Of a DNA stretch of 64,000 bases, positions 39,786-53,000 are shown piece by piece. The stretch lies in assembly GCF_009914755.1 (NCBI RefSeq), contig NC_060927.1. The stretch is one strand, 5' to 3'. The translations under genes were made by a program, and so were the position numbers. Position 1 is the first letter of the stretch. Every line of letters begins with the position of its first letter. The DNA comes from the human T2T-CHM13v2.0 reference genome, Homo sapiens. Below the pieces are notes generated by a model. It ran no database searches. It saw nothing but the letters and a program-made list of their open reading frames with translations, and was not told the DNA's origin.

Positions 39786-42390
39786 TGAAGCATCCTGGGC
39801 TTGCGGATCAAATACTCCACAAGTCTTTGGAGATTTGTGCTGGCCAAAGCTCTACACGCAAGAAACACAAGCCATATGTGGAGTATGTGCTGAGCGCAGT
39901 CAAGATAAATCACTACCCTCTCCATGATGGAAGGGATATAATTTGCCACCAAATAGCTGGTTTGATTCCTCAAGGGATGGTGCTACATTGAGGGCTCATG
40001 TATTGTTGGCAGATTGGACATTCAGCAGTGGGATTATTCATATCAAACTTAGTGAGTGGAAACTCATACTGTTGGGCCCATGCATACCTTCCATTCTTAC
40101 CTCCATGGCCACTCCTTTCATGCACACATAGTGCCAGTACTGGAGTGGCAGATGGCACAGTCTGCTATCAGCAACCGGCATAGACATTCTGTCTACTTAA
40201 TTGTCTAGTGCCTCTTCCATGATGGGTGCTTTCTGGTGGGAATCAAAATAAAATACAGAGATCTTTACATTTTGTGCTCACTTTTAAAGACCTGTGTACA
40301 TTCCTTTTCCCCAAACTTTATTATCTCTAATCTTCCCAGGTTTCTCCTTCCAGGCCTCTGATCAACCAGCTGGGCCATTTGTCACTGCACATGAGTCTAT
40401 ACTTATGCTTACTGGTCCATTTAGCTTTTCAAATCAAGTGGATGAACAGGTGCACCAATCAAAGCTCTGCCCATTGGGAGGATTTCTTCTCTCTACTACC
40501 TTTCAAGGCCACCCCTGATGGAGGGTGTAATGCAGCCACAGCCTGTTTTCAGCTTTTACCACATATTGAACTAAACCATTGGTTAACCATGATTGGCCTT
40601 TTCCTTCATCTGTTGGCTGGTTAAAAGTGACAATCCCCCCACCTGCATACCACCACAGCCACGACATGGCCAGATGTGAGCTGAGGGAGAGGTACTAATG
40701 CAACAGTGGTGGTTGACATGAGGGCTGGACCACCGGTTTTCTAGCTCACTTGTGTTCTCTAGCCCGGACTTATCCTTCTCTAGCCTGGCTGCACTGCTCC
40801 CATATTTTGATGGATTTTTAGTGGTTTTAGGACTTAATGGGCCGTTTTGAACCTAGGCCATGATGGGCATCTCTGGCCCCGTTATCTCTGCATGTCTCAT
40901 GGTCATGAGTTCTAACTCAACCACAGCCACATAGATTGCAGGAGTTGTTTTTTTTGAATGACATACAATCCTCTGATGAAGAAGGCATGGCCTTGCTTCA
41001 GAGCACAAGTATTATGAACTGTATTTTGTTTTGCATTGGGATTGTCATAAACTACACATGGTATCAATTCCCACTACAGATAACTAATTCCAGAGGGTCT
41101 GCCAAATAATATGGCCCATGCGGTGAAGCTGCTTACGTTGCATTGTGGACCAGCTGCAGATCCCTTTCCTATTCTGGGTCCTATTCAAAGCTGTCAGCTA
41201 TCTCTGTCTTTTGGTAAATGGGTCAGAGCAGTGTGGATTATCAGGTGTTGTGTTTCCTTTTAGTGGTGGGAGAGTCCAGATGCAATAATTCGACCTTTAT
41301 TTTGGAAGTCTTTTCCTGGCATGCTCCAAATTACTATGCCCCTACATGTTTTACTGATTTGGCAGGGAATCTTTACAGAGATTATCTCACACTCTCTGGA
41401 GTGAATGTGTCTTTCCAAGGCTTCTGATGCAGTTGCCACTTTTGACTCATCAATGATGTCATTGATAGCATAAACCAATGTGATATTCTTCAGAATGTCC
41501 AGATGTGTCAGGTCTTGCAGATTGTATTATGGCAGAGGGTGAGAGGGTTAACATGACCCTGGGACAAAAGTGTAAATGTATGCTATTATCCTCCCAAATG
41601 AATACAGTCTACTTCTGATCCTCCTTCTTAGGGATGAAAAAGAATGCACATGCCAGATCAATGTCCATATACTATATATCTGAAGCTATGTGAATTTACC
41701 CTAGCAAAAGTATCACTTCTGGCACAGTAGTTGCAATTGAGATTTCCACTTCGTTGTTTGAGATAGTCCAGTGTCATGCTCTGGGATCTGATTCCTTTTT
41801 GTAGGGGCCAGACTGATGAATTAAATGAAAATATGCTGGAGATTACCATCTCTGTATCTTTTAGGTCTTAAGGATGGCACTCTTTCCCTTGGGATATAAT
41901 ATTTTAAGGTTTTGTGTTGGATTTTTAAGGAGGGTCCTCAGATTTTTTCATTATAGCAGCTCCTAACCCACAGACTAAGGAATCAGCAAGGGGTTCTGCC
42001 ATCTACCACATGCATCCTTTCCGGTGATAAATTCAGGAACTGGGGAAATGGCCACTGGGTGAGTCCGTGGAACCAGTACACCCATGGTGAGTCTAACCTG
42101 AACTAGAACTCCTTTTATTACCTGACTCCCACATGCTTCATCTCTAACAATGGGCTATTATTTGCTTTAGAGGCCTGGGGACCAATTCAGACCATGAATC
42201 CGAAAGTTCTCAGAATGTCTGTGTATTCTCCCTTCCCCAGCATCTAGTTAGCCAAATGCATGGTTATACATCTCTTTGGGCAAGGACTGGGAGTTCCTGT
42301 AGCATTCTTTCTCCTGGGGACCTGGCCTTTTCAGTCAGTGAGTTACGAGTCTGAAAATCAGCTCAGTTCTGTCAAGAAAAGGAGTCCTGA

Positions 42391-42392
<2 letters not shown>

Positions 42393-42436
<44 letters not shown>

Positions 42437-42448
42437 CGCGCGCGCGCA
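42393..42448. repeat. (TG)18(CG)9CA alternating purine-pyrimidine tract
   Basis: Counted directly. Confidence 0.95.
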
Positions 42449-42512
42449 GCTTTCAGTCTCCTAAGCATTCATTTCTTTCTTTTAATTGTATAAATTAAGA
42501 AATATCCTTACT

Positions 42513-42742
<230 letters not shown>

Positions 42743-43411
42743 TTATTGCCCACCTACTTGCCCATACATAGAAAATAGGAAATAGATAAAACGAGTGGAT
42801 TTGTCCACAAGGCCCAATATCCAACAACAGGAGCGCCAGAGAGATAGGAAACAGAGATAATGAAGGGAAGGAAATTATGAAAGGAATATTTTAAAAAACT
42901 TTCCTAGAACTGAAGGACATGATTGCCTACTTTAAAGGGTTCACCAAGGGGCCACCTACACAGTGAATGGACAAAAATTCGTACCGAGTCACACCATTAT
43001 GAAGTTTCTGACGTTAAGATATAAAGATACCCTAAAAGCCTTTGGAGATAAAAACAAAATAAGAAACAGATAAACATAAAAACAAACAAACAGAAACAGG
43101 TCACATATACAGGACCTGGAATTATAATGGGGTTGTACTTAACATCTCAGTATCTGAGGCATTAATGCCTTTGTTTGGGTGTACCATTTTCTGGTGCTTT
43201 CACTGAGTACCTCTTCGGTCTCACTTTCCCCCTGTCTGCTTGTTTTGGCCTCTGCCTTTCATGGTAGAGGATTTCTTCAGATATCAAAGTATCCTTGGCT
43301 CTCTGTCCAAGACCAAGTGTGAGACACTAAAAAGCTCCCAGAACACTCACTGTGCAGCCAGCGTAGAGAGAAACCCATCTAGATTGGGGCCATGTGATGG
43401 AAGGCTATGGG

Positions 43412-43412
<1 letters not shown>

Positions 43413-43444
<32 letters not shown>
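43413..43444 (+). repeat. G32 homopolymer
   Basis: 32 consecutive G. Confidence 0.9.
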
Positions 43445-43445
<1 letters not shown>

Positions 43446-44059
43446 TGTCCCCAAGGGAAAAAGCAAAAGGAAACAAGAGGTTACCTGGTGCATTTGAATG
43501 TTTAAAGAGGAGTTTACATTTCTAACAGAGTTTGAGAGTGAGTTAAATGGAAACATGGAAAAGTAAGCAGAGAAAAAAAAAATGAAAACCAAGGCAACTA
43601 TTAACGTCAGGGATAAAACAAGAGCTTGTACTAGAAAATAAATGCAATTAGAGTACTCTACACTGCTTAGCTATAAATAATATTCAAATAGTCATTAAGT
43701 ATTATGACTGAATATTGGTTTAACAAAAAATGTGATTTAAAAGAATTTGAAGGTAAGAGAAGCGTGCCTGATTAGAGCCTGAGGGTGAAAGACAATTAAA
43801 TGCTTATCTTGGTGGAGGAAATCAGTGATTAATATCAAAAAGTGAAAAATCAAGAAACAGAAACAAGGAGCTGAATACTAGAAGAAAAAGCTAAAAGAAA
43901 GGAAGATGATTGCTTCTGGGGAGAGGAAATGGAAGCTGGGAGGGGCCAGAAAGGGCTGATTTTTGCCATAAGCATTATAGAATGACTCTACTTTTCTTAA
44001 GCTATGCCCACATATGACTTTGATAAAAATTAAAATAAAACATCACTTTAAGAAACTAA

Positions 44060-44589
<530 letters not shown>

Positions 44590-44625
44590 TGACTCCTCTT
44601 CCAACCACAATTTAAATATAATCAC

Positions 44626-44900
44626 GGCCAGGCACAGTGAGAAACACCAGTAATTCCAGTACTTTGGGAGGCTGAGGAGGGCAGATGGCTTGAGTTCAGG
44701 AGTTTGAGATCAATCTGGGCAACAGAGTGAAACCCTGTCTCTACTAAACATACAAAAATTAGCTGAGCGTGGTGGCATGTGCCTATAATCCCAGCTAGTC
44801 AGGAGGCTGAGGCAGTAGAATGATTTGAGCCCAGAGGCAGAGGTTGTAATAAGCTGAGATTGTGCCATTGCACTCCAGACTGGGCGAAACCCTGTCTCAA

Positions 44901-44939
<39 letters not shown>

Positions 44940-44940
44940 A
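44626..44940 (+). mobile_element. AluJ/S with (TAAA)n tail
   Basis: Diverged full Alu; AATCAC-containing TSD. Confidence 0.88.
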
Positions 44941-45044
44941 ATCACAATTATAGAAATGCAGACGGTACAGATGTTTTTACTTTGCAAAGGTTAAGGCAGC
45001 CCTAGACTAACATTATTTATTAAAGACCCAAGTTCATTAGCTGG

Positions 45045-45325
45045 AGGTAGATACCCAGGCAAGGGCAGTGGGAGGGCTGTGGTCTAGGCAATGAAGGGGA
45101 CATTCACTGTATAGAATTTTAAATTCATAATAAAACGCATAAAAGTTGTTTATTTTTAAATTACAATTATATCCCACCAATTCTGAACAATTTTTAAATT
45201 ACCATTATATCCCACCAATTCTGAACAATGTCAGTGATGAATTACTTCCCCCAAATAACATTTTGTTGATCTAAATTATAAATAATTGCTGTGATCACTG
45301 TTAAGTTTTAATAATACATATATAA
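45045..45325. mobile_element. MER63-like hAT DNA transposon fragment with an internal 38-bp tandem duplication
   Basis: AATTCTGAACAATGTCAGTGATGA...AATTGCTGTGATCACTGTTAAGTTTTAATAAT resembles the recalled MER63 consensus. Confidence 0.6.
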
Positions 45326-47143
45326 GTATCGCTCCAACCCGTGGATAAATCCCCAGGCTCAAGATTTGATTACTTCAAGAAATTCCAAGAGTGGCCAAGA
45401 GTGAGAGGACAACTCCTTCCCTAGCCCTAGCCGGGTATCCATCTCTCTTGACTCTTTTTTCTTGCTGGGGATGTGATCTTTGAGAGAATTATGTCCCAGA
45501 GGCTCAAGACTTATAAACAAGTGTGGAATCTGTTTGGAGCTGGCTTCAGCTTTCTTCCTTCTCAGAGACACAAATGCCCACAACGTTTTGGGGAAACTTT
45601 TCTTTAAACTGAAGCAGACGGTCCCTAAGGTCTCTGTTGTGTACGGGAGGGAGGTGTTTAAAAACACCCTCTCAGTGTGTCACATAGATACATCATGGAT
45701 TGGCTGACTTCATTTCATATTTTCAGGATATTCACATCCAAACTTTTGGGGATTTTGTCTCTGTGGCACCCTGTGTAACCACTCAAAGCCCAATAAATAT
45801 TATGTGATTTATCAGACATTTGGGCTTAATCTTCAGCACCCCCTCCTCTGAGCCCCCCATCCAACTGCATAGTACAGGAGGGGTGAGGGCCCAGGCTGTG
45901 GTTGGCAGCCTGGGAAGCATCACTCCCTCCCCATACTGGGGAATTAATTTGGCTCCTAAAATAATGGATGGGGTCATCACTAGAAGGAAGAAAGGTACCA
46001 AGAGAAATTTATCAGCACCTGACCAAGCCATGAGTATTAGCAGTCAGGCCTGATAGCCAGCTTGGCATCAGAAACAGAAAAATGTTTATTTCATAAACAC
46101 TGTACACACTGAGCTTATTCTCACGCACACAGACATCTGACCTAGGAAGGCTCAGCAAAAGCTGCTGATAACAAAATCAGTCATCCCTTGAAATGGAAAA
46201 GGCTTTTTCCATGTGTTGATCATTAATTGTTGCCAAAGGCCAAAAGGGGCTTTCAGGAATGCTAAATGTAATCTCTGGCCTTTCCTGAACCTCCTTTCAT
46301 GTTCTCTGCCCCATCTACACACCACATTTTCGCCCTCAGTGAATTCAGACACTTTCAGTTTAGAGGATAATGCCCTCTGAACAACCTCAGGCCAAAAGGG
46401 CAGAGACAGAGAAGCCTCTGGAGGTTCGGAAGGACAGATTCATCAGACGGCAGAGCCGGAAGCGATTTTACACCCCTTCTGCAGGAGTGAGAGGAGTAGC
46501 TGTTTGACCCCCGCTGCCTCAGCTGAGGCCAAAAGGCACGGCTGATTTCCACTTAAGGATGTCAAAGAGGTGAGCACTCAGGGGTGATGCCTTAGGCTCT
46601 GGGTTGAACTAAAAGCTGGGTATGTAGAACCAGGAATGTTTCAGGTTTGTAATGGGAAGTAGAGAGTGGTTAGGAGGAGGGAGAGGCTGGGGAATGGGAA
46701 TAAGTGGGGAAAAACAATGTATTCTGTCTCCTGAGAACTTCTAAAGAATCTCAGAGTTGCTGAAGGCCTGCAGTGTCCAAATGTGACTTGACCACCTTTT
46801 CTGGGGGGCCATGGCAGGAAGCAGTATCGGCAGTCGCTAATTCTCAGCTCCAGAGAGTTAAGAGGGCCTTTCCCTGGAGACCCTGGGATGGTGGAGAAGA
46901 CGGGGCCCAGGTGGCTTAGTGGCTCAGACATCTCAGAGTGGGCTCTTAGAGACCCTCTAATCCTAATGCATCTTTTAAAAGATAAGAAAACCAAATCCTT
47001 GGAGTCAGAAGTGAGTTTCCGGTTAGAGTATAATCTTCAAAAAGGTAAAAGTATGCCTCATACAAATAGTGAACATGTTTCAAAGATTTTATTGAACTCA
47101 TTAGTTAGCGGGGAAACAATAAGATTGAGAACCACCCCGAAGA

Positions 47144-47273
47144 ACATTTGAGAAGCTAGGTCTATACAAGCAATTTAATAGCTTGGTGTGTAATAAGCTA
47201 TATAAAGACATTTGAGAAGCTAGGTCTATACAAGCAATTTAATAGCTTGGTGTGTAATAAGCTATATAAAGAC
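47144..47273. repeat. Perfect 64-bp tandem duplication
   Basis: ACATTTGAGAAGCTAGG...GCTATATAAAG occurs at 47144 and again at 47208. Confidence 0.95.
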
Positions 47274-47797
47274 TGGTTTACATTTAATAGGATCATAAAC
47301 TGTACACTTTGGGGCTATTAGTTCCACTGGGCAGAGATTATTTATATGTCTACTGAACTAAATTTATAAGTGAGGCTTTCCTTTACAGTGAAGTAAAATA
47401 ATCCAGTAAATAGAAAGTTAGGTTCAGCACTGAAAGATTACCCAATAATCTCTTTGGCCTGTATGTAAATTTCAGATGATTTTTTAAAAATTGTTCATGG
47501 TTTCACTGATAACCGATAGCAGATATATAATGATAAAGTCTCATTATGCTCAACCCAATATTTTTGTCCTTGCAACACAATCCAGAAAGACCAAGATGTC
47601 CAAGAGTTAAATTTAGGGAAGAGGTGGATCTCCTACTCCCTGTTAGCCCAGCTCACCTACCCTTCCTAAAGTGCTGCTTATGGAAACACTGACCCCATGA
47701 GGAAGCCCAAACTTCCCACATTCTCCCAACCCAAGACAAGGTCTCCATACTTTCCTTCTTCCTTCCAGCATCCCACAGGATCCCTTGGCCACCCTAC

Positions 47798-48495
47798 TGT
47801 TACAGATAGTTAGGCATGAGAGGGGCATGAGAGGGCTCTTCCCCCACCCACTAGAAATGTCGGGTGACAGTTTGGCAATTATCGCATTGCCTCTCTAAAA
47901 GTGATAAATTGACAGCCAGTGCCAGGGAGAGGCCATCTCCTGATGATCCGCGCCTGTTAACATCAAAATGTTAATTGAATGCAGGCCCCAGGGAGAAGCC
48001 CCTTGGGCACGCATGTTAAGAGATGAAATGGTGAAGTATGACATTCTGGGGGCACATGCCACTGGAAAAAGGGAAAAAAGCCTCATAAACTCATAAACTC
48101 TCTAAACGCACTGTGCATGCTCAATTCCCAAGGGTAACGAGGGCACCATGCATGCAGAAAGCACACCCTAAGAGAAGAATCATGGGGAAGAGGCGAGCTT
48201 ATCAAATCCTAGAACCTTGGTTAAAGGCGGCTTCCTTTTTTTCTCTCTTTAACCTTTAGGCACCCACTTGGATCTCTTCCAAGGGTTCTTTCCTTCCTTT
48301 ACCCTTCTAAAGTCTTTTTAATAAACTTCCATTCCTGATCTGGAACTTGCCTGGGTATCTTTTTCTGCTTTATGCCCCTTAGTCAAATTATTTCTTTTGA
48401 GGAGGCGAGGACTGAAGTTGCTATGGACTGTGACAGATACACTGCTGGTAACTTGGGGTAACTGGGGGTAACTCAGATCTCGTCCACTGCTAACA
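47798..48495 (+). mobile_element. ERV1 solo LTR, LTR9-like
   Basis: TGTTACAGATAGTTAGGCATGAG...GCTAACA termini; AATAAA near 48320; flanks CTAC/GTAC (4-bp TSD with one mismatch). Confidence 0.75.
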
Positions 48496-50056
48496 GTACC
48501 ACCACCATGCACTCACTCAGTTCTCATATTCAGCTGTCTCTGAGCTCTGTGGCGCCCTGTGACTTCCTTTTTGCCTCTCTGAGTTCTTCCTACAGGTTCT
48601 CAGTTGGAACTCTCATTGGAAGTGTTCAAGTGAGGCTAGGTGACACTTTGGCTGAGTACTAAGCAAGAGGACTTAAATACTGAATGTGCTTGGTTGGCAT
48701 AGATGCCATTTAAAGTCCTGTCAGTGCTTAAATTCAAAGATTCTGTAGGAATTTATTCCCCTAAATGGGAATGATAAACGGCACATGCAACTTAGAAAGA
48801 CTCAGGTGGGTTTGCAAAGCTGGCATTGTTTTTTTTTTTTTGGTTTTAGGAAAAGTCTAATTTCCTGGTTCCTCATCAGAGTGAATACTAATGTCCTTCC
48901 TTCTGGGAGGGTTCTGAGGATGAGACGTGAAGGCCTGAGGCAAGTGACACTGAGCTGCTTACCACCATGACAAGGCATCTGCACAAACACCCATCCTTTT
49001 GTTCTTGCCAGCTCTATGTGGGTGGCAGAGGTTGGAATAATTTCATTACCAGAGTCTATCAGCCTTGACAGTGTCTCTCTAAGATTGCCTTTTTCATGAT
49101 CATTTTGTTTGTTTGCCTGAAATGGAATTCAGGTAGATAAGGAATGGGGTAGTGCAGGGGTAGCTATTAACCTTTCAAAAGATAACATGACAGGAATGAA
49201 TCATCTACCCCCACACCCTGATTCCCAGGTTTGTTTTTGCTTTCTTTTTTATCCTCTAAATAATAAGAGAAAATTTCAAAGGAGAAAGAGTTCCTTATGG
49301 CTAGTAAAGTTGAGAACCATCATAATATAAGGTTGAGACCACAACTCTGGGATAGAAATAGGAATCTTTCAAAAATGCTGGGCCAAGATTTCAATTTTGT
49401 TATTTTACTCACAGTATGGTAAGGCCAAAGGAATATGAGACATCAGCATTTTACAGATTGAGAGATGAAGCCCCAAAGACGGAGTGTAAGTTGCCCAAGC
49501 TCCCACAGCCTGTGTTGAGGCACATTTTTTTGTGTGGTTTAGAGGGGATGAGGCAGAAGGAACAGAACTCTAAGATGGGGAAGCTAGTACTCTATTTACT
49601 AAACTGCCCAAGGAGTGAGTGAGGGATATTTCTCTGAGGCTTGAGCTATAAAGCAAAGATAACAGACAGGAAGGAGTAACTTCAGCTCATTTTCCCTGTC
49701 CTCAAATTAAGCCTTTTCCTCATCAGTCCCAAGTTTCTGCTCTCAAGGCCTCCAGGACTCACTGTCATCTCCTGCTAATGCCACTCCCCAACAGTTTCTC
49801 CATATGCTGTCTCCTCATTTCTCCCAGAAATAATAATAAAATAGTAATGATTATCAACCATTCATTAAATGTCAAGCTCTTTGCACTCCACTTCTAGTAA
49901 CTCAATTAACCTTCATAGCAATACTAAGGCCAATGCAGTTAATTTCATTTGATAAATGGGGATGTTGAGGCTCAGTGAGATTGAGTATCTTGCCTAAGAC
50001 CCCAAAGCTGGTGACCATACAGCCAGAAACCTCACTCCCAAACCTGCTCTTAGGTA

Positions 50057-53000
50057 CTGTGAAGGAGAGATAAAGTCTTTTTCAGACAAACAGATGCTGA
50101 GAGAATTTAGCACTACCAAGCCAGCTCTACAAGAAATACTAAAAGAAGTTCTAAATCTTGAAACAAGACATTGAACTACACCAAAATTGAACCTCCTTAA
50201 AGCATAAATCTCACAGGACCTATAAGACAATAACACAATGAAAAAAAAAATGAAACAAGGTATTCAGGCAACAACTAGCAGGATGAACAGAATATTACCT
50301 CATGTCTCAATACTAACGTTGAATGTAAATGGCCTAAATGATCCATTTAACAGATATAAAATGGCAGATAAAAATCGACCAACCATGTATCTGCTGTCTT
50401 CAAGAGACTCATCTAACACATAGGACTCATATAAGCGTAAGGTAAAGGAGTGGAAAAAGATATTCCATGCAAATGGCAACCAAAAGTGAGCAGGACTGGC
50501 TATTCTCATATCAGACAAAACAGACTTTCAAGTAACAACAGTTAAAAAAGACAAAGAGGGACATTATATAGTGATAAAAGGATTAGCCCAACAGGAAAAT
50601 ATCACAGTCCTGAATATATATGCACCTAACACTGAAGTTCCCAAATTTATTAAACAATTACTACTAGACCTAAGAAATGAGATAGACAACAACACAATAA
50701 TAGTGGGGGAATTCAATACTCTGTCAATAGCACTAGACAGGTCATGAAGACAGAAAATCAACAAAGAAGCAATGGACTTAAACTATACCCTATAACCAAT
50801 GAACTTAACAGATATTTACAGAACATTCTACCCAACAACTGCAGAATATACATTCTTATCATCAGCACATGGAACATTCTCCAAGATAGACCATATAATA
50901 GGCCACAAAACACGTTTCAACAAATTTAAGAAAATCAAAATCATATCAAGTACCTCTCTGACCACAGTGGAATAAAATTAGAAATTAACTCCAAAAGGAT
51001 CCCTCAAAACTATACAAATACATGGAAATTAAATAATCTGCTCCAGAATGATCTTTGGGTCAACAATAAAATCAAGATGGAAATTAAAAAATTCTTTGAA
51101 CTGAACATCATCTATCAAACCTATAGTGACACAACCTGTGAAATCCTCTGGGATACAGCAAAAGCAGTGCTAAGAGGAAAGTTCATAGCATTAAATGCCT
51201 ACATCAAAAAATATGAAAAAGCACAAATAGACAACCTAATGTCACACCTCAAGGAACTAGAGAAACAAGAACAAACTGAACTGTAACCCAGAAGAAGAAA
51301 AGAAATAACAAAGATCAGAGCAGAACTAAATGAAATTGAAAGAAAAAATACAAAAGATAAATGAAACAAAAAGCTGATTCTTAGAAAAAAATAAAGAAAA
51401 TGGATACACTATTAGTGAGATTAACCATGAAAAGAAGAGAGGAGATCCAAATAAGCTCAACTGGAAACAAAATGAGAGATAGTAGTAGGTTGGCACAAAA
51501 GTTACGGCAAAAACCGCAATTACTTTTGCACCAACCTAATACAACCAATACCATAGAAATATAAAAGATCACTTAAGGCTACTAGGAACACCTTTATGTG
51601 CACAAACTAGAAAACCTAGAGAAGATGTATAAATTCCTGGAAATAGACAACTCTCCTAGATTAAACCAGGAATAAATAGAAGCTCTGAACAGACCACTAA
51701 CAAACAGCAACATTGAAAGGGTAATAAAAAAAAATTGCCAATAAAAAAAAGTCTAGGACCAAATGGATTCACAGCTGAATTCTAGCAGACATTCAAAGAA
51801 GAATTGGTACCAACCATATTGACACCATTCCAAAAGACAGAGAAAGAGGGAATCCTCCCTAAATCATTCAATGAAGCCAGTATCACCCTAATACCAAAAC
51901 CAAGAAAGGATATAACAAAAAAAGAAAACTAACCACCAATATTGCTGATGAACATAGATGCAAAAATCCTCAGCAAAATACTAGCTAACTGAATCCAACA
52001 GTATATCAAAAAGATAATCTACCATGATCAAATGGGTTTCATATCAGGGATGCAGGGATGGTTTAACATAAGCAAGTCAATGTATGTGATACACCACATA
52101 ACAAAATTAAAAACAAAAATCACATGATCATCTCAATAGATGCAGAAAAAGCATTTGACAAAATCCAGCATCGCTGTATGATTAAGACCCTCAGCAAAAT
52201 CGGCATAGAAGAGACATACCTTAAGGTAATACAAGCCATCTATGACAAACTCACAGCTAACATTATACTGAACAGGAAAAAATTGAAAGCATTCTTCCTG
52301 AGAAGTAGAACAAGACAAGGATGACCACTTTCACCACTTCAATTCAACATAGTAGTGGAAGTCCTGGCCAGAGCAATCAGACAAGAGAAGGAAAGAAAGG
52401 GCATCCAAGTCGATAAAAGAGGAAGTCAAACTGTCACTGTTCACCAATGATATGATTGTATACCTAGAAAACCCTGAAGACTACTCTAAAACGCTTCTAG
52501 GTCTGATAAATGAATTCAGTAATATTTCAGGATAAAAAGTCAATGTACACAAATCAGTAGCACTGCTGTAAACCAACAGTGACCAAGCTGAGAATAAAAT
52601 CAAGAACTTAACCCCCTTTACAATAGCTGCAAAAACAAACAAACAAACTTGGCAATATACCTGACCAAGGAGATAAAAGACCTCTACAAGGAAGATTACA
52701 AAATGCTGCTGAAAGAAATCATAGATGACACAAATGGAAACACATCCTATGCTCATGGATGGGTAGAACTAATATTGTGAAAATAACCATACTGCCAAAA
52801 GCAATCTATGAATTCAGTGCAATTCCCATCAAAATACCATCATCATTCTTCAAATAGAAAAATAGAAAAAACAATCCTAAAATTCATATTGAACCAAAAA
52901 AGACCCTGCATAGCCAAAGCAAGACTAAGCAAAAAGAACAAATCTGGAGGCATCACATTACCTGACTTCAAACCATGCTGTAACTCTATAGTCACCAAAA

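Larger units (their letters stand above)
37507..42390 (-). mobile_element. ERVL-class proviral remnant (LTR16/HERV16-like LTR part plus pol), interrupted by an L1PA and an MLT1
   Basis: Minus-strand peptides resemble ERVL RT (SIFSFNSSVWPLQK...MTLDY, 41658-41849) and the integrase zinc-binding domain (HERSGHGG...YAWAQQ...AECPICQQ, 39970-40158). An LTR16-like start TGTAGTGGAGGCTGTGGTGCACC lies on the minus strand at 37676. Confidence 0.75.

Noticed and set aside
43240-43592. Poly-Gly and poly-Pro ORFs
   Set aside because: Artefacts of the G32 run.
46350-46575. Possible lncRNA exon with an ETS motif (GCCGGAAG) and donor GAG|GTGAGC
   Set aside because: No clear acceptor or promoter; the motifs are too short to support a call.
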